32,000 bases of DNA from Candidatus Harpocratesius repetitus (GCA_021498095.1 JAIZWK010000001.1:1500001-1532000); one strand, 5' to 3'; shown: positions 1 to 9,938, counted from the stretch's first letter. Made by a program: numbers and translations. The notes: generated by a model not told the origin, from the letters alone.

Positions 1-211
1 TAGATTGCGGATAATTGGTTAATCGCCCTACTCAATGCATTTTTCTCACAAACATGGGAGAAAAAGAAGAGTCTTGTCCAAGATGGGCGAAAAAAACAAA
101 TTTCGGTTTAAAAACCTTTTTTTTCATCTTTTTAAATTATTCGTTTAGTGAAGTTAAGTATTTTGAAAGTAAAGCTAATATGTTTCCTTTCCTTAACACG
201 AATGACGAATC

Positions 212-874
212 GTGATCAATTCATCTCCTAATCAAACTTTAGAGCACTGGAAAAAGGTGCTTCGTATTATTACCAAAAAGATTTATATGCCATGTCAAAA
301 ACATAATGTGGAATGGATAATCACTGGTTCTACAGCTTCAGCTCTTCAAAATTGTCCCTTAAAACCTGAAAACATTGATATTCTTGTTAAAAATCCTGAA
401 TCTGTTAATTTTATTTCTGATCAATTGATTTGCTTTGAAATGAAAGAGAAATCATTTTTAGATTCCACTCAATGGTTATCTTCTTGCGAAAACAGAGTGT
501 TTATATTTGATAACAAAGAACGAAATGAAATGTGGCATATGGGTCGATGGATTATTGAAGATATGAAAGTTGAAGTTGCTTATATTCAATCACAAACGAC
601 ATTAGATGAATCTCGAGAAGAAGGTTATATCTGGGAAAATGGGCCTGATATGTATCCGTATGTAAAGAAGATAATGTTTTATGATTTTCAGCTTAATGTT
701 GTGCCATTAGAAATTCAGTTATCTTCGCTATTCTTTCGTGGAATGGTGGCTCGTATTACTAAAATTGCAGTACACTTCCAACAATACGGCTATGATGAAA
801 ATCTTTTAAAATTGGCATTAAAAACATCCCAAAAGGCTCAATTTGATTCTATTTTGGCAAATATTCGCACTTAA
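212..874 (+). CDS. Nucleotidyltransferase-fold protein (DNA pol beta superfamily, aminoglycoside-NT-like)
   Basis: 220 aa, GTG start; WIITGSTASALQ...PENIDILV matches the hGS...DxD signature, with the first Asp replaced by Asn. Confidence 0.65.
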   Translation: MINSSPNQTLEHWKKVLRIITKKIYMPCQKHNVEWIITGSTASALQNCPLKPENIDILVKNPESVNFISDQLICFEMKEKSFLDSTQWLSSCENRVFIFDNKERNEMWHMGRWIIEDMKVEVAYIQSQTTLDESREEGYIWENGPDMYPYVKKIMFYDFQLNVVPLEIQLSSLFFRGMVARITKIAVHFQQYGYDENLLKLALKTSQKAQFDSILANIRT

Positions 875-988
875 AATAGAATATAAAGTTTTCATCATTT
901 TCATTATTTTTATCTTTTTTAGACACTGTTCAAAAAGATATATGACTTCCAAATTAACTTATTAAATATAGAATATACTTTAGAATAC

Positions 989-1014
989 TTAAGATCGCCT
1001 ATTTTTTCCCCATT
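989..1014 (+). repeat. Putative terminal inverted repeat (transposase 3' side)
   Basis: 21/26 match to the reverse complement of 2703-2728. Confidence 0.55.
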
Positions 1015-1021
1015 TCCCTCT

Positions 1022-2476
1022 TTAACGGCATATAATGGCGCCACGATGCGGATAGCGCCGTATATGAAATCCCAATGTTGTCTTCATCGAAATTTCATGA
1101 GCAAAAAACAATGTTGTTCGCTTCTTAAGGGGAAATAACAAATCCAAATAGTTTCTGTTGTTTAAATTTCCCCCCAATTGCTCAAAAGGAGATTGATCAT
1201 TATGAATGCCTGTATATCGTGGTGTTGTATTATAATATAATCTGAAAAGTTCACACAACTGCGTAGTACCTTCAACTGTTTGGAATAATTTACTTAAATC
1301 AAGAAGAGGCCGAAAAATACCGAATATACGCTCAATCGTATTGCTGTTTTGGTAATTTGAGGCAAGATCATTTTTATTTTGTAAAGAAAAAATTTGAGGA
1401 TTATTTTTAATCATTTTGTGAAGTTGAGATGCATATACATATGGTGATTTTTCTAGTCGAATCATAAATTTTTGAAGATTAGATTTAAAGTTAATGGAAT
1501 GATCTTTTAATAGATGATAAAATTCTTTTCCAAGTCGGCAAGATTGGAGATATATATTTTTAAGTTTTTTAAGTGATTTCACAATGCAAGAAAGTTCTTT
1601 AGATTTCTCATCTCTCGTTTTTCGAGCCTTCTTAAGTGTTTTAATAGTATCTTTTAGAGATTCTACTCGCCTTTTGATTCGTTTTTCTAAAGCAATTAGT
1701 TTTTGATCCATAGTTTTGGTTCTTCCACTCTTTGAGTTTCGTTTAAATAATTTCAATTTTTGACGTTCTATACGATCTTTTGCCAATTTTCTTTCCCAAT
1801 CGGCTTTTTGAGAAACTAACTTAGTTATTTTTCCACGAAGTTTTTCCAGAACTTTGGATATTCCATCTCTTTTCTTTTTCTCCCGTTCACATGTGACCTT
1901 TATTTTCTTTATATGTCTCATTGATTCTCGATAAGCATGTACATGACAACCAAGATGTTGGGCATGATGGAAGATTTCTGGAATTACAGTTTTATAAGCT
2001 TTATAGAGATCGCTAATAACAACTTTTATATTGCAGAATTTCTTGGAAATTGGTTTTAAAAACTTTGTAATCGATGCAGCTGTTCGATCGGGCGCATATT
2101 TTAGATCTAACAAATACTGAGAAAATTTCTCTGCTGCACCCAAAATAGAATAATTTCTTCCTTGAAACACCTCATCTGTTTCAGTAGTATTAACTTTGGT
2201 TCGGATTTCACAATCTAATTTTCGATTCATCGCTTTTGCTTTATTACCTGCTATATTTTGTATCATCTTAATTTTATGTTTGGTCAGGTCTAATCCATAA
2301 ATTAATTTGAGATGTTCCCTGATCTTATTAAGCGAAAGCCCTTTTAATTGAAGATCGGTAACAATACGACACAAAGTCGTTTCATCAACTGCTAAAATAG
2401 CAATAAAAACTCTTTGAGTTAATAAAATGAAAAAGTATTTAATTTTCGACATGTTAAATATTTTTGAGCGTAGCAA
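1022..2476 (-). CDS. DDE transposase with CxxH signature and a long basic coiled-coil insertion
   Basis: HTH-like LSLNKIREHL..YG; catalytic candidates ETDEVFQG, ISDLYKAY and NSNTIERIFG; GCHVHAYR (CxxH, as in IS256/IS66-type enzymes); C-terminal YYNTTPR...SPFEQLGG. True start uncertain. Confidence 0.85.
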   Translation of the reverse strand: MLRSKIFNMSKIKYFFILLTQRVFIAILAVDETTLCRIVTDLQLKGLSLNKIREHLKLIYGLDLTKHKIKMIQNIAGNKAKAMNRKLDCEIRTKVNTTETDEVFQGRNYSILGAAEKFSQYLLDLKYAPDRTAASITKFLKPISKKFCNIKVVISDLYKAYKTVIPEIFHHAQHLGCHVHAYRESMRHIKKIKVTCEREKKKRDGISKVLEKLRGKITKLVSQKADWERKLAKDRIERQKLKLFKRNSKSGRTKTMDQKLIALEKRIKRRVESLKDTIKTLKKARKTRDEKSKELSCIVKSLKKLKNIYLQSCRLGKEFYHLLKDHSINFKSNLQKFMIRLEKSPYVYASQLHKMIKNNPQIFSLQNKNDLASNYQNSNTIERIFGIFRPLLDLSKLFQTVEGTTQLCELFRLYYNTTPRYTGIHNDQSPFEQLGGNLNNRNYLDLLFPLKKRTTLFFAHEISMKTTLGFHIRRYPHRGAIICR

Positions 2477-2702
2477 TCTGGAAGCCTCGGTTTTCAGAAA
2501 ATTATTGAAATTATTAGCACTTTTTCTTAATGCTCGCTCACTTTTGAACTTTTCACCTTGCCGACAAAATTAAGAGACTCTTCGGAAACGTCCTTCCATG
2601 CATCTACGAGAAAAGCATTAATTATCTTGGAAATTACAGATTTTATCTTAGAATTCTTGTTTTGATGTTGTTTTCTCGTTTATAGATTGTTTCAAACAAT
2701 TG

Positions 2703-2728
2703 AATAGGAAAAAAATAGTCGAACTCAA
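2703..2728 (-). repeat. Putative terminal inverted repeat (transposase 5' side)
   Basis: 21/26 match to 989-1014. Confidence 0.55.
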
Positions 2729-2899
2729 CGGTTCTTTGAATTTTGACTGTTTTCGAATAATGAAATGAAAGTCACAGGTTTTCTTGAACAGTGTCCTTTT
2801 TTATTACTTAGCTTATAATAGTAATAACACAATCATTATGCTATAAAATAGTAATATCAGAAACCAAAAATATCAGAAATACGTAACTATAATTGGGCG

Positions 2900-4078
2900 A
2901 TGATGATTATAAAAAGAAACCAGAATTGGTATATTTTTTTAATCTCGATGTTATTAATTCCACAAATCTGTCCCGTAACTGCAATTTCAGACTTGACAGA
3001 AGATGATTCACCAAAAATTGCATGGAAATATTGGAATTCTAAAGATCGGTTAAATAATGATTCAAATTGGATTGAACATCCTGAATTAAAACAAGCACCC
3101 CCTTTAAATTCTGCTGGAATTCCCATTTTACTAGATGAAGCGGAAAATAGTTCTTTTACCTTTGGTGTTTTAGCTGATCGACAAGTCTATGTATATTTAG
3201 AAGTAGAAATTGGTGATTTGAATCTTTATATTCTATCGTCAACTGGAGAATTATTATATAATTCTTCAAATTATGCTGGGTATAATGAATTCATCACATT
3301 TACTCCGAATGAAAATGAGAATATTGTGATTAAAATAATTCATCCTATAGAGGATTCAACTGAAATCGCACAAGGATTGCTGTATATACGGCAAAATATG
3401 GTATTTTCTGGAACTAAAATGCAATTTTTTATGAATGCAACCTCAGAAAATTATTCTACGCTATACTTTCGAGTTGATCAAGATTTTGGAGGGATTTGTT
3501 TAGATTATCCTAATTCATTAGTTCTTCAAAATCTGACTATTTTTCATAGTATAAGATACTTGGAAAGAGACGATTTTTATTCGTTTTTGGTATATGAAGA
3601 CACTTATGAACTTACTAATCCAACAGATTTAATAAATGTAAATAATCAAAAGTATACAGGTTTGCAAACATTAGAGTGGGCTTGCCAAAAATCAGCATTT
3701 TCTGAACCCATTCTTGATTTTGCGATAAATAATTCCCATAATTTTGCTAATGTATCTGGTCTACTTCCTTATAAACCAGAACTGGGTTTAGTTGAATTGG
3801 GTACAGGTTTTCCTGCAGGAACTTATTTGACTTTATCTGTAATACAAGGCTTTGGTACAGTAAATATAACAATATATCCTGTAAAAGGTGAAGAAATTTT
3901 ACAAGAAGATCCTATTAATGATGACTCAACAGAAACTACAGGTACTACAAACAATCCTTCTAATCCTGTCATATCTGGAATTCCAGAACGAGCCTATATT
4001 ATAGGTGGGATCAGCATAGTTGGTATTATTTTCTTTTCATGGAGCGCTTTTAAAAAGCGAAGATCTTTTTTCACTTAA
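2900..4078 (+). CDS. Secreted, C-terminally membrane-anchored surface protein with a PPC-like beta domain
   Basis: N-terminal signal peptide (KRN + hydrophobic stretch + VTA); DLNLYILSSTG...NEFITF resembles a pre-peptidase C-terminal module; Thr/Asn/Ser linker; C-terminal TM helix followed by KKRR. Confidence 0.7.
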   Translation: MMIIKRNQNWYIFLISMLLIPQICPVTAISDLTEDDSPKIAWKYWNSKDRLNNDSNWIEHPELKQAPPLNSAGIPILLDEAENSSFTFGVLADRQVYVYLEVEIGDLNLYILSSTGELLYNSSNYAGYNEFITFTPNENENIVIKIIHPIEDSTEIAQGLLYIRQNMVFSGTKMQFFMNATSENYSTLYFRVDQDFGGICLDYPNSLVLQNLTIFHSIRYLERDDFYSFLVYEDTYELTNPTDLINVNNQKYTGLQTLEWACQKSAFSEPILDFAINNSHNFANVSGLLPYKPELGLVELGTGFPAGTYLTLSVIQGFGTVNITIYPVKGEEILQEDPINDDSTETTGTTNNPSNPVISGIPERAYIIGGISIVGIIFFSWSAFKKRRSFFT

Positions 4079-4178
4079 AAGATCAAGATTAATAACACCA
4101 TATTCAATCGTATTATTCTTGATCTTTTGCTCTCTTTGGATTCGTGCACTTTTTTTTGAATTGAATATTATATAATAT

Positions 4179-5249
4179 ATGCAAAATTCATCCAAGCAGA
4201 AATCAAATCGTTCTTTTTCAAATAATACCCAAAATATCGTATTAAAAATCTTTAATCCAAGCAAATGGGAAAGAACTGCTATTGTTCAATGTGTCATCCC
4301 ATGGGATGGAGAATTAAAAAATCTTCAAGTATATACCGAAAATAATGAAGAAATTACTGCACAAATTCAAGAGCAATCTCCAAATAGATGGCTTTTTAGA
4401 TTTGTCGCTGAAAATATCCCTCCACTTTCAACAATCAATTACATTATAAAGCCTATGGATAGATCTGCAATATTTCTACCTCCTGATGAAGGATTACTTG
4501 ATGGTAATGATTATTATTTAGAAAACGATATTATGCGCGTGGTTCTTGAAGAAGAAGGATATATAACCATAATGCATCGAGAAGATAAATCAGATGATAG
4601 TGAGTCTGGTGAAAAAATATATGCAATGGGCGAAGAATTAACAGAGGGATCTATTTGGGCTGGTGAATCATTTTACAACTTTTTGCAAATGAACCAATTT
4701 TCAATAAATTCTATGGAGATAAGAGAGTTTAACGATTCAAAATTAATTGAAGCGAGCGATTTCGTTGGAAAAATTGAAGTAAAATATAAATATCAAAATA
4801 CTAATGAAAGTATTATTCCTATAAAAATGCAATTCTCTATTCAAAAGGGTGAATCTCCTTATGTTAACTTTGTTTTCACCATTCCAGAAGAAATTTTGGT
4901 GAATTCATTTAAATTTACTGTATTAAATCCAATTCCATTTACTGCATGTGAATATTTATTGAAAGAAAATTATGCAATATTTTGGAATAAAGATCTTCAA
5001 AGAGGATTATTATTTTTACATGAAAACATCGAAAAAGTTATCGATCTGTCGAAAATTAATTCTGAGAACACCACCAATTCTAGAGTAATTTTTAATGTAG
5101 AAAGAGATTTCTTTAAAACTCTGAATGATAATTTTTCATATGCACTAATTCCTCTAAAACCTGAAGATTTTGATGATGGAATACCATCTGAAGATGTAAT
5201 CCAAAAATTAGTCTTTGATTTCTATCATCCTTTTATTGTTGAAATCTAA
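4179..5249 (+). CDS. GH38 (alpha-mannosidase) C-terminal beta-domain-like protein, no catalytic domain
   Basis: IFNPSKWERTAIV and YYLENDIMRVVLEEEG resemble the start of the GH38 beta-sandwich and C-terminal domains; no N-terminal HSHxD motif; only 356 aa. Confidence 0.55.
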   Translation: MQNSSKQKSNRSFSNNTQNIVLKIFNPSKWERTAIVQCVIPWDGELKNLQVYTENNEEITAQIQEQSPNRWLFRFVAENIPPLSTINYIIKPMDRSAIFLPPDEGLLDGNDYYLENDIMRVVLEEEGYITIMHREDKSDDSESGEKIYAMGEELTEGSIWAGESFYNFLQMNQFSINSMEIREFNDSKLIEASDFVGKIEVKYKYQNTNESIIPIKMQFSIQKGESPYVNFVFTIPEEILVNSFKFTVLNPIPFTACEYLLKENYAIFWNKDLQRGLLFLHENIEKVIDLSKINSENTTNSRVIFNVERDFFKTLNDNFSYALIPLKPEDFDDGIPSEDVIQKLVFDFYHPFIVEI

Positions 5250-5338
5250 TCAGTTGATCGTTAATTGAGAGAAAAATTTCGGTCAGTATTTTTTCCCAAT
5301 TTTTAATAGAGATCATATATAGTAACATTTGATATTAT

Positions 5339-5581
5339 ATGTGTTTAGCTATTCCCGGGAAAATTTTAACACTAGAAGGTACAAGTGCGCTTGCGGATTT
5401 TGATGGTACCCAAAAAAAGATAGTTACTGCCTTGTTACCCCGAGTAAAAGTGGGTGATTATGTAATTGTCCATGCGGGCTATGCTATTGAAACAATCAGC
5501 CAAGAGGCCGCGGCGGAATCCATTGCGCTTTGGCGAAATATGATCTCTGATGGTCTTATAGATAAATCAAATTATGTCTGA
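5339..5581 (+). CDS. hypC: Hydrogenase maturation chaperone HypC/HupF
   Basis: MCLAIPGK N-terminus (conserved Cys2); VGDYVIVHAGYAI. Confidence 0.97.
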   Translation: MCLAIPGKILTLEGTSALADFDGTQKKIVTALLPRVKVGDYVIVHAGYAIETISQEAAAESIALWRNMISDGLIDKSNYV

Positions 5582-5670
5582 TTTTAATTAATTCAGCTTG
5601 ATTATATTTGATTTTATCTGATTTAAGTTGATTTTTATTGATTCTTTTTTATTAAATTCGATTTAAATTT
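5571..5670. repeat. Ten degenerate 10-bp tandem units (ATTnnnnnTG) filling the convergent hypC-hypF gap
   Basis: ATT begins at 5571, 5581, ... 5661 without exception; TGATT at 5579, 5599, 5609, 5619, 5629, 5639 and CGATT at 5659. Confidence 0.8.
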
Positions 5671-5677
5671 ACTAATT

Positions 5678-8143
5678 TCATTTTTTTTGGTATTTTGCCG
5701 CAGCAATAGCTATTTGACCGATAGAAATTCCTGCATCTCCAGGTGGAACCATCCGATGCATCAAAAATTCCAGACCTGCTTTTAGTATTTCTTCATTTAA
5801 TATGCGGGTAATAATTTCATTATAAGCAATTCCTCCGGTAAATCCTATTTTATTTATACCTTTGGATACGGCTATTTTGATTGCCTTTCGAGCGAAAATA
5901 CGAGCAATCATTTCAACCAGATATAGCGCAATTTTTCTTTTATCTGCTTCATGTAACTTATTTTTTTGACTCCAGACGAACAACATTGCATCGTAAATCA
6001 TTTCATCTATATTTAATTTATTCCCATCCGTATATTTAGAAAGGTCTTGAAGAAAATCGAAATTCTTTGCATCCTCTCCGTTTATATCCCAAATGAAACC
6101 TTCTAAACGCATAGCAGGTTCTCCGCGGTATGTTCTTAAGTGACAAACATCGAATCCAGCGGCAATGGCGTCAAGGCAGCGACCAAAACTGGAAGTAAGT
6201 GGTATTTTTTTGAAATCTTGAGTTTTATTCTTATTTGTTGGGTGAATTTGTTCAATTTGTTGAAATATATATTTTGCTTCCATAGTTCCATGTGAAAGAA
6301 AATGTGAGAAAGGGAAACGGGATTCCCATGTATTTAAATTTTCAAGTTCTCCCCTTTTAGCAGCTACATTCAGGATAAGCGACATTAACATTCGATCTGG
6401 GTATTTCGCGCAGAGATCTCCACCGATCATTGGAATTGGATTTATCCAAGCCATTCGAGAAACAGAAAGATAACCTCCAAGAAGTATTTCTCCCCCCCAT
6501 GCAGTGCCATCTATGCCATATCCAATTCCATCAGCAGCAATTACGACTATCTCCTCATTAATGGATAATTTGTGATCAACCATTAATGAAGCCAAATGTG
6601 CGTGATGATGTTGCACTGAAATTATTGAATTATTCAGTTTATTATGGTAAATTTTTGCTAATTTAGTGGATTGAAACAATGGATGAAGGTCATGAACAAT
6701 GGTATGGATTTCATCTGGGTTTATTTGTAGTAAATTTTGCATATGTGAGAGAGCTTTATCTAAAAATTCAAAAGTCGCCAAATTATTTACATTTCCTATA
6801 TGTTGAGTGGGAAATATACGGTCTCCCCTTGAAATTGCTCCAGTGCTGTTTAATTCTGCACCAACTGCTAAAATACTTCCTTTTTTTGTTGGAAACGGTA
6901 ATTTAAAATATTCTGGGACATATCCTCTAGATCTTCTAATTAAAAGATGGTGGTTCATTACAGGTCGGATAACCGAGTCATCACAACGCTGATAAATTTC
7001 CCGGTTATGAAGATAAATTTCATCCGCAAGTATTCCTATCTCTTGGACTATTTCTTCATTTGCAGTAGCCATCGGATGTGAACTTACATTACCACTTGTG
7101 AAAATCAGAGGGATATTTCCTATTTTTTCAAATATATAATAATGAATTCCCATATAAGGAAGAATTACTCCAATATTTGGCAAACCTGGGGCAATATTTT
7201 CGGGAAGATGATGATTCTGTGTACTTTTTGATAATTTAGGTAGTAATACGATTGGTCGTCGAAAAGATCTAAGTGCTTGTAAAGATGAAGATGAAACATT
7301 AAAATATTCGTGAATTGTTGATTCATCGGGAAACATGACTGCAAACGGTTTGAACTTGCGATCACGCTTTCGTTCTCTTAGAGAAGCAATTGCATTTTGA
7401 TCATCTGCACGACAAATTAAATTAACCCCGCCGATCCCTTTTAAAGCAATTATTTTCGAGTTTTTAATATGCTCCACAATTTCATCCATAATTTTATGTT
7501 GCGAGATCTTTAATATTGGAGTATTGGGAATATAATGATAATAGAATGGACCACATTCCGTACAATTGAAAGTTTGTGCATGAAATCTTCGATTTTCTGG
7601 ATCATTATATATTTTATTGCAAGAATCACAAAAAGGAAATATATCCACCGTGCTATTCTGCCTATCATAGGGGAGTGAGCGCATAATTGTAAACCTAGGT
7701 CCGCATTCTGCACAAGCAATAAAAGGGTACTCATAAAATCTATTAGATAAGGAATTTTTGAATTCTTTTAAACAAGATGTACAAATAGCTATATCTGGAG
7801 GTAAAGTCAATCCTTTTCCTGTTCCGGGGTTGCTTGGGATAATTCTTAATTGTGAGTAATCAATATTTGGATGTGGAACTGCCTCCATCAGTTTAATCTG
7901 TTCGATAAAAGCAATTGGTGGAATCTCTTTCTTAAGTTTTTGGAATAATTCTTCAAATTGAACATTTTTATTCAATCGTTTTAAATGTAATGTAACCCCA
8001 AGATTACCAGTATTCTGAATCGTTCCTGCAATTGGATATTTAGAAAGAAAATTAAAAAGAAAGGGTCTAAATCCAACACCTTGCACTATACCTGAAATTA
8101 CAATATCAACAAAATCTGCTTGTGAAAATGCTTTTGTGTTCAT
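5678..8143 (-). CDS. hypF: Carbamoyltransferase HypF
   Basis: Acylphosphatase-like VQGVGFRP; zinc fingers CTSC/CAECGPRF/CDSC/CTECGP; YrdC-like domain; Kae1-like QHHHAH, DGIGYG and PPGDAGISIGQ. Confidence 0.97.
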   Translation of the reverse strand: MNTKAFSQADFVDIVISGIVQGVGFRPFLFNFLSKYPIAGTIQNTGNLGVTLHLKRLNKNVQFEELFQKLKKEIPPIAFIEQIKLMEAVPHPNIDYSQLRIIPSNPGTGKGLTLPPDIAICTSCLKEFKNSLSNRFYEYPFIACAECGPRFTIMRSLPYDRQNSTVDIFPFCDSCNKIYNDPENRRFHAQTFNCTECGPFYYHYIPNTPILKISQHKIMDEIVEHIKNSKIIALKGIGGVNLICRADDQNAIASLRERKRDRKFKPFAVMFPDESTIHEYFNVSSSSLQALRSFRRPIVLLPKLSKSTQNHHLPENIAPGLPNIGVILPYMGIHYYIFEKIGNIPLIFTSGNVSSHPMATANEEIVQEIGILADEIYLHNREIYQRCDDSVIRPVMNHHLLIRRSRGYVPEYFKLPFPTKKGSILAVGAELNSTGAISRGDRIFPTQHIGNVNNLATFEFLDKALSHMQNLLQINPDEIHTIVHDLHPLFQSTKLAKIYHNKLNNSIISVQHHHAHLASLMVDHKLSINEEIVVIAADGIGYGIDGTAWGGEILLGGYLSVSRMAWINPIPMIGGDLCAKYPDRMLMSLILNVAAKRGELENLNTWESRFPFSHFLSHGTMEAKYIFQQIEQIHPTNKNKTQDFKKIPLTSSFGRCLDAIAAGFDVCHLRTYRGEPAMRLEGFIWDINGEDAKNFDFLQDLSKYTDGNKLNIDEMIYDAMLFVWSQKNKLHEADKRKIALYLVEMIARIFARKAIKIAVSKGINKIGFTGGIAYNEIITRILNEEILKAGLEFLMHRMVPPGDAGISIGQIAIAAAKYQKK

Positions 8144-8159
8144 AGTATTCTATTCACAC

Positions 8160-9200
8160 TCAACAAATACGAGGTATTAGTTCGCCCATGGGTTTTTCAA
8201 CAATACGTTTACCCCCTAATGGGGTTTCCATAATTACCATATCGGGTTTCTCTGCTTTAACCTCTCCAATCAATACAGCATCACGTCCTGAAGTTATTTG
8301 TTGTAATTTTGTAAGGACTTCTTCAGCGTATTCTGCTTCTACACAGAGGATTGCTTTTCCTTCATTTGCGATTTCTAGTGGTTCTAAGCCAAGAATGTCT
8401 GCAATAGATTGAACTTCCCGTTTTACGGGGATTTTATTCTGTTCAATCCAAATACTTACATTCGATTTATGTGCCCACTCATTTAATGCCGCTGCTAATC
8501 CTCCACGTGTAGGATCTTTCATGGCTTGAATACCTGAAGTTGTTTCAATAATGGGAAGAAGATCAATAAGACAACGTTCATCTGATTCGAGGGGTGTTTC
8601 CAATGCAAAATTTTGCCGTTGTGCAATAAGGGCTGCTCCATGGTCCCCAATGCTGCCCGTAAGAATTATTTTCGATCCTGGTTTGCAATTTGCATCAAAA
8701 ATACGGCGATTTTTAGGTTTTATTCCAATTCCAGTTGTTGCAATAATAACATCTTTTAACGCACCTTTAGGTAATACTTTAGTGTCTCCAGCTATAATCG
8801 CAACATTTGCCTGTTTTGCAGTCTGATTAAATGACTTGATTATTTTATCCAGTAATCGAAATTCTGTTCCTTCTTCAATGAATATTGTTGATGTTATTGC
8901 TAATGGACGGGCACCCATCATTAATAAATCATTTACGGTGCCAGCCACAGATAAACTTCCCAAATCTCCTCCGGGAAAGAACAGTGGTTCTACTGTGTGA
9001 CCATCTGCTGTGATCACAATCTCTTCATCTGAATTTTCTAAAGGAATAGTAGCACCATCATCATATGAATCTACACCAATTCCATTACCAATTTTCTTGA
9101 TTAAGATTCGATCAGTGATAAAGTGAATGAGGTGGTCTTGCATAATCCCACCACCACCATGTCCGAGTTGAACAATCTCATCTAATTTATGTTTTTCCAA
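8160..9200 (-). CDS. hypE: Carbamoyl dehydratase HypE
   Basis: HGGGG, DGHTVEPLFFPGGDLGSL, MKDPTRGG, ANEGK and C-terminal PRIC; TTG start with SD-like AGGGTG at 9214-9209; 16 bp upstream of hypF. Confidence 0.96.
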   Translation of the reverse strand: MEKHKLDEIVQLGHGGGGIMQDHLIHFITDRILIKKIGNGIGVDSYDDGATIPLENSDEEIVITADGHTVEPLFFPGGDLGSLSVAGTVNDLLMMGARPLAITSTIFIEEGTEFRLLDKIIKSFNQTAKQANVAIIAGDTKVLPKGALKDVIIATTGIGIKPKNRRIFDANCKPGSKIILTGSIGDHGAALIAQRQNFALETPLESDERCLIDLLPIIETTSGIQAMKDPTRGGLAAALNEWAHKSNVSIWIEQNKIPVKREVQSIADILGLEPLEIANEGKAILCVEAEYAEEVLTKLQQITSGRDAVLIGEVKAEKPDMVIMETPLGGKRIVEKPMGELIPRIC

Positions 9201-9320
9201 GTTTTTTACACCCTAAGTTAATGATAGAGATAAAGTTAACTCATGAAAAAATTTTTTGAATATCTTGTTTAATTATCGGATAACCGCATTTTTATTAATG
9301 GCATAACATTAAAATTAACT

Positions 9321-9938
9321 ATGGATATATCTGAAAAATATTCCCACATTCGCCAAGATTTATCTTCTATATTTGAGAACAAGCCCAAGTTTTTGTTATT
9401 AGGAATCGGAGAGAATAGGATGGGAGATGATGGTGCAGGACAGTATATTAGTTTTTATCTTGACAAGTTTAACAAATATTCCAAGATTGCAATAATAAAT
9501 GGGGGTATTACTCCAGAAGAACGACTGGATGAAATTATTCAATTTCAACCCGAATTCATGTTGATTTTAGATGTCATTGATTTACCTGCACCTGCAGGAA
9601 CTGTAGATTTATTTGAAGAATCACGAATGCAAAACTATCTACCAATTTCATCCCATAGCATGCCACTTCCTGTGTTTGTAGATAGATGTCGACAATATAT
9701 TCCAGAGATTCAAATGAAATTATTAGGTATTAAGCCTTATTCTTTAGAATTTTTAGATCATTACTCTTTATTTAAAGAAGATATATATGATTTGGATGAA
9801 AAAGAAGCAAATCCAAATATTCCCTTTTATGATTTTAATTTAACTAAAGAAATGAAGGAAATATGTGATAATTTAGTGCAGATATTCGCTGAACTCTTTC
9901 AAGAATATTATGAAATAGATAATTCTGACAAAAGATAA
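9321..9938 (+). CDS. hycI: Hydrogenase maturation endopeptidase, HycI-like (peptidase A31)
   Basis: LLGIGENRMGDDGAG, GGITPE, ILDVID and SSHSMPL carry the Asp/Asp/His metal ligands; STH-LPL-type motif of the HycI subgroup. Confidence 0.88.
   Translation: MDISEKYSHIRQDLSSIFENKPKFLLLGIGENRMGDDGAGQYISFYLDKFNKYSKIAIINGGITPEERLDEIIQFQPEFMLILDVIDLPAPAGTVDLFEESRMQNYLPISSHSMPLPVFVDRCRQYIPEIQMKLLGIKPYSLEFLDHYSLFKEDIYDLDEKEANPNIPFYDFNLTKEMKEICDNLVQIFAELFQEYYEIDNSDKR

Larger units (their letters stand above)
989..2728. mobile_element. Insertion sequence, unclassified DDE family, bounded by imperfect terminal inverted repeats
   Basis: Transposase ORF flanked by TTAAGATCGCCTATTTTTTCCCCATT (989-1014) and, as reverse complement of 2703-2728, TTGAGTTCGACTATTTTTTTCCTATT; 21/26 identical. 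No target-site duplication found. Confidence 0.6.

Noticed and set aside
15-215. 66-aa ORF at the window start
   Set aside because: Low complexity, no motif, and it overlaps the probable promoter region of the next gene.
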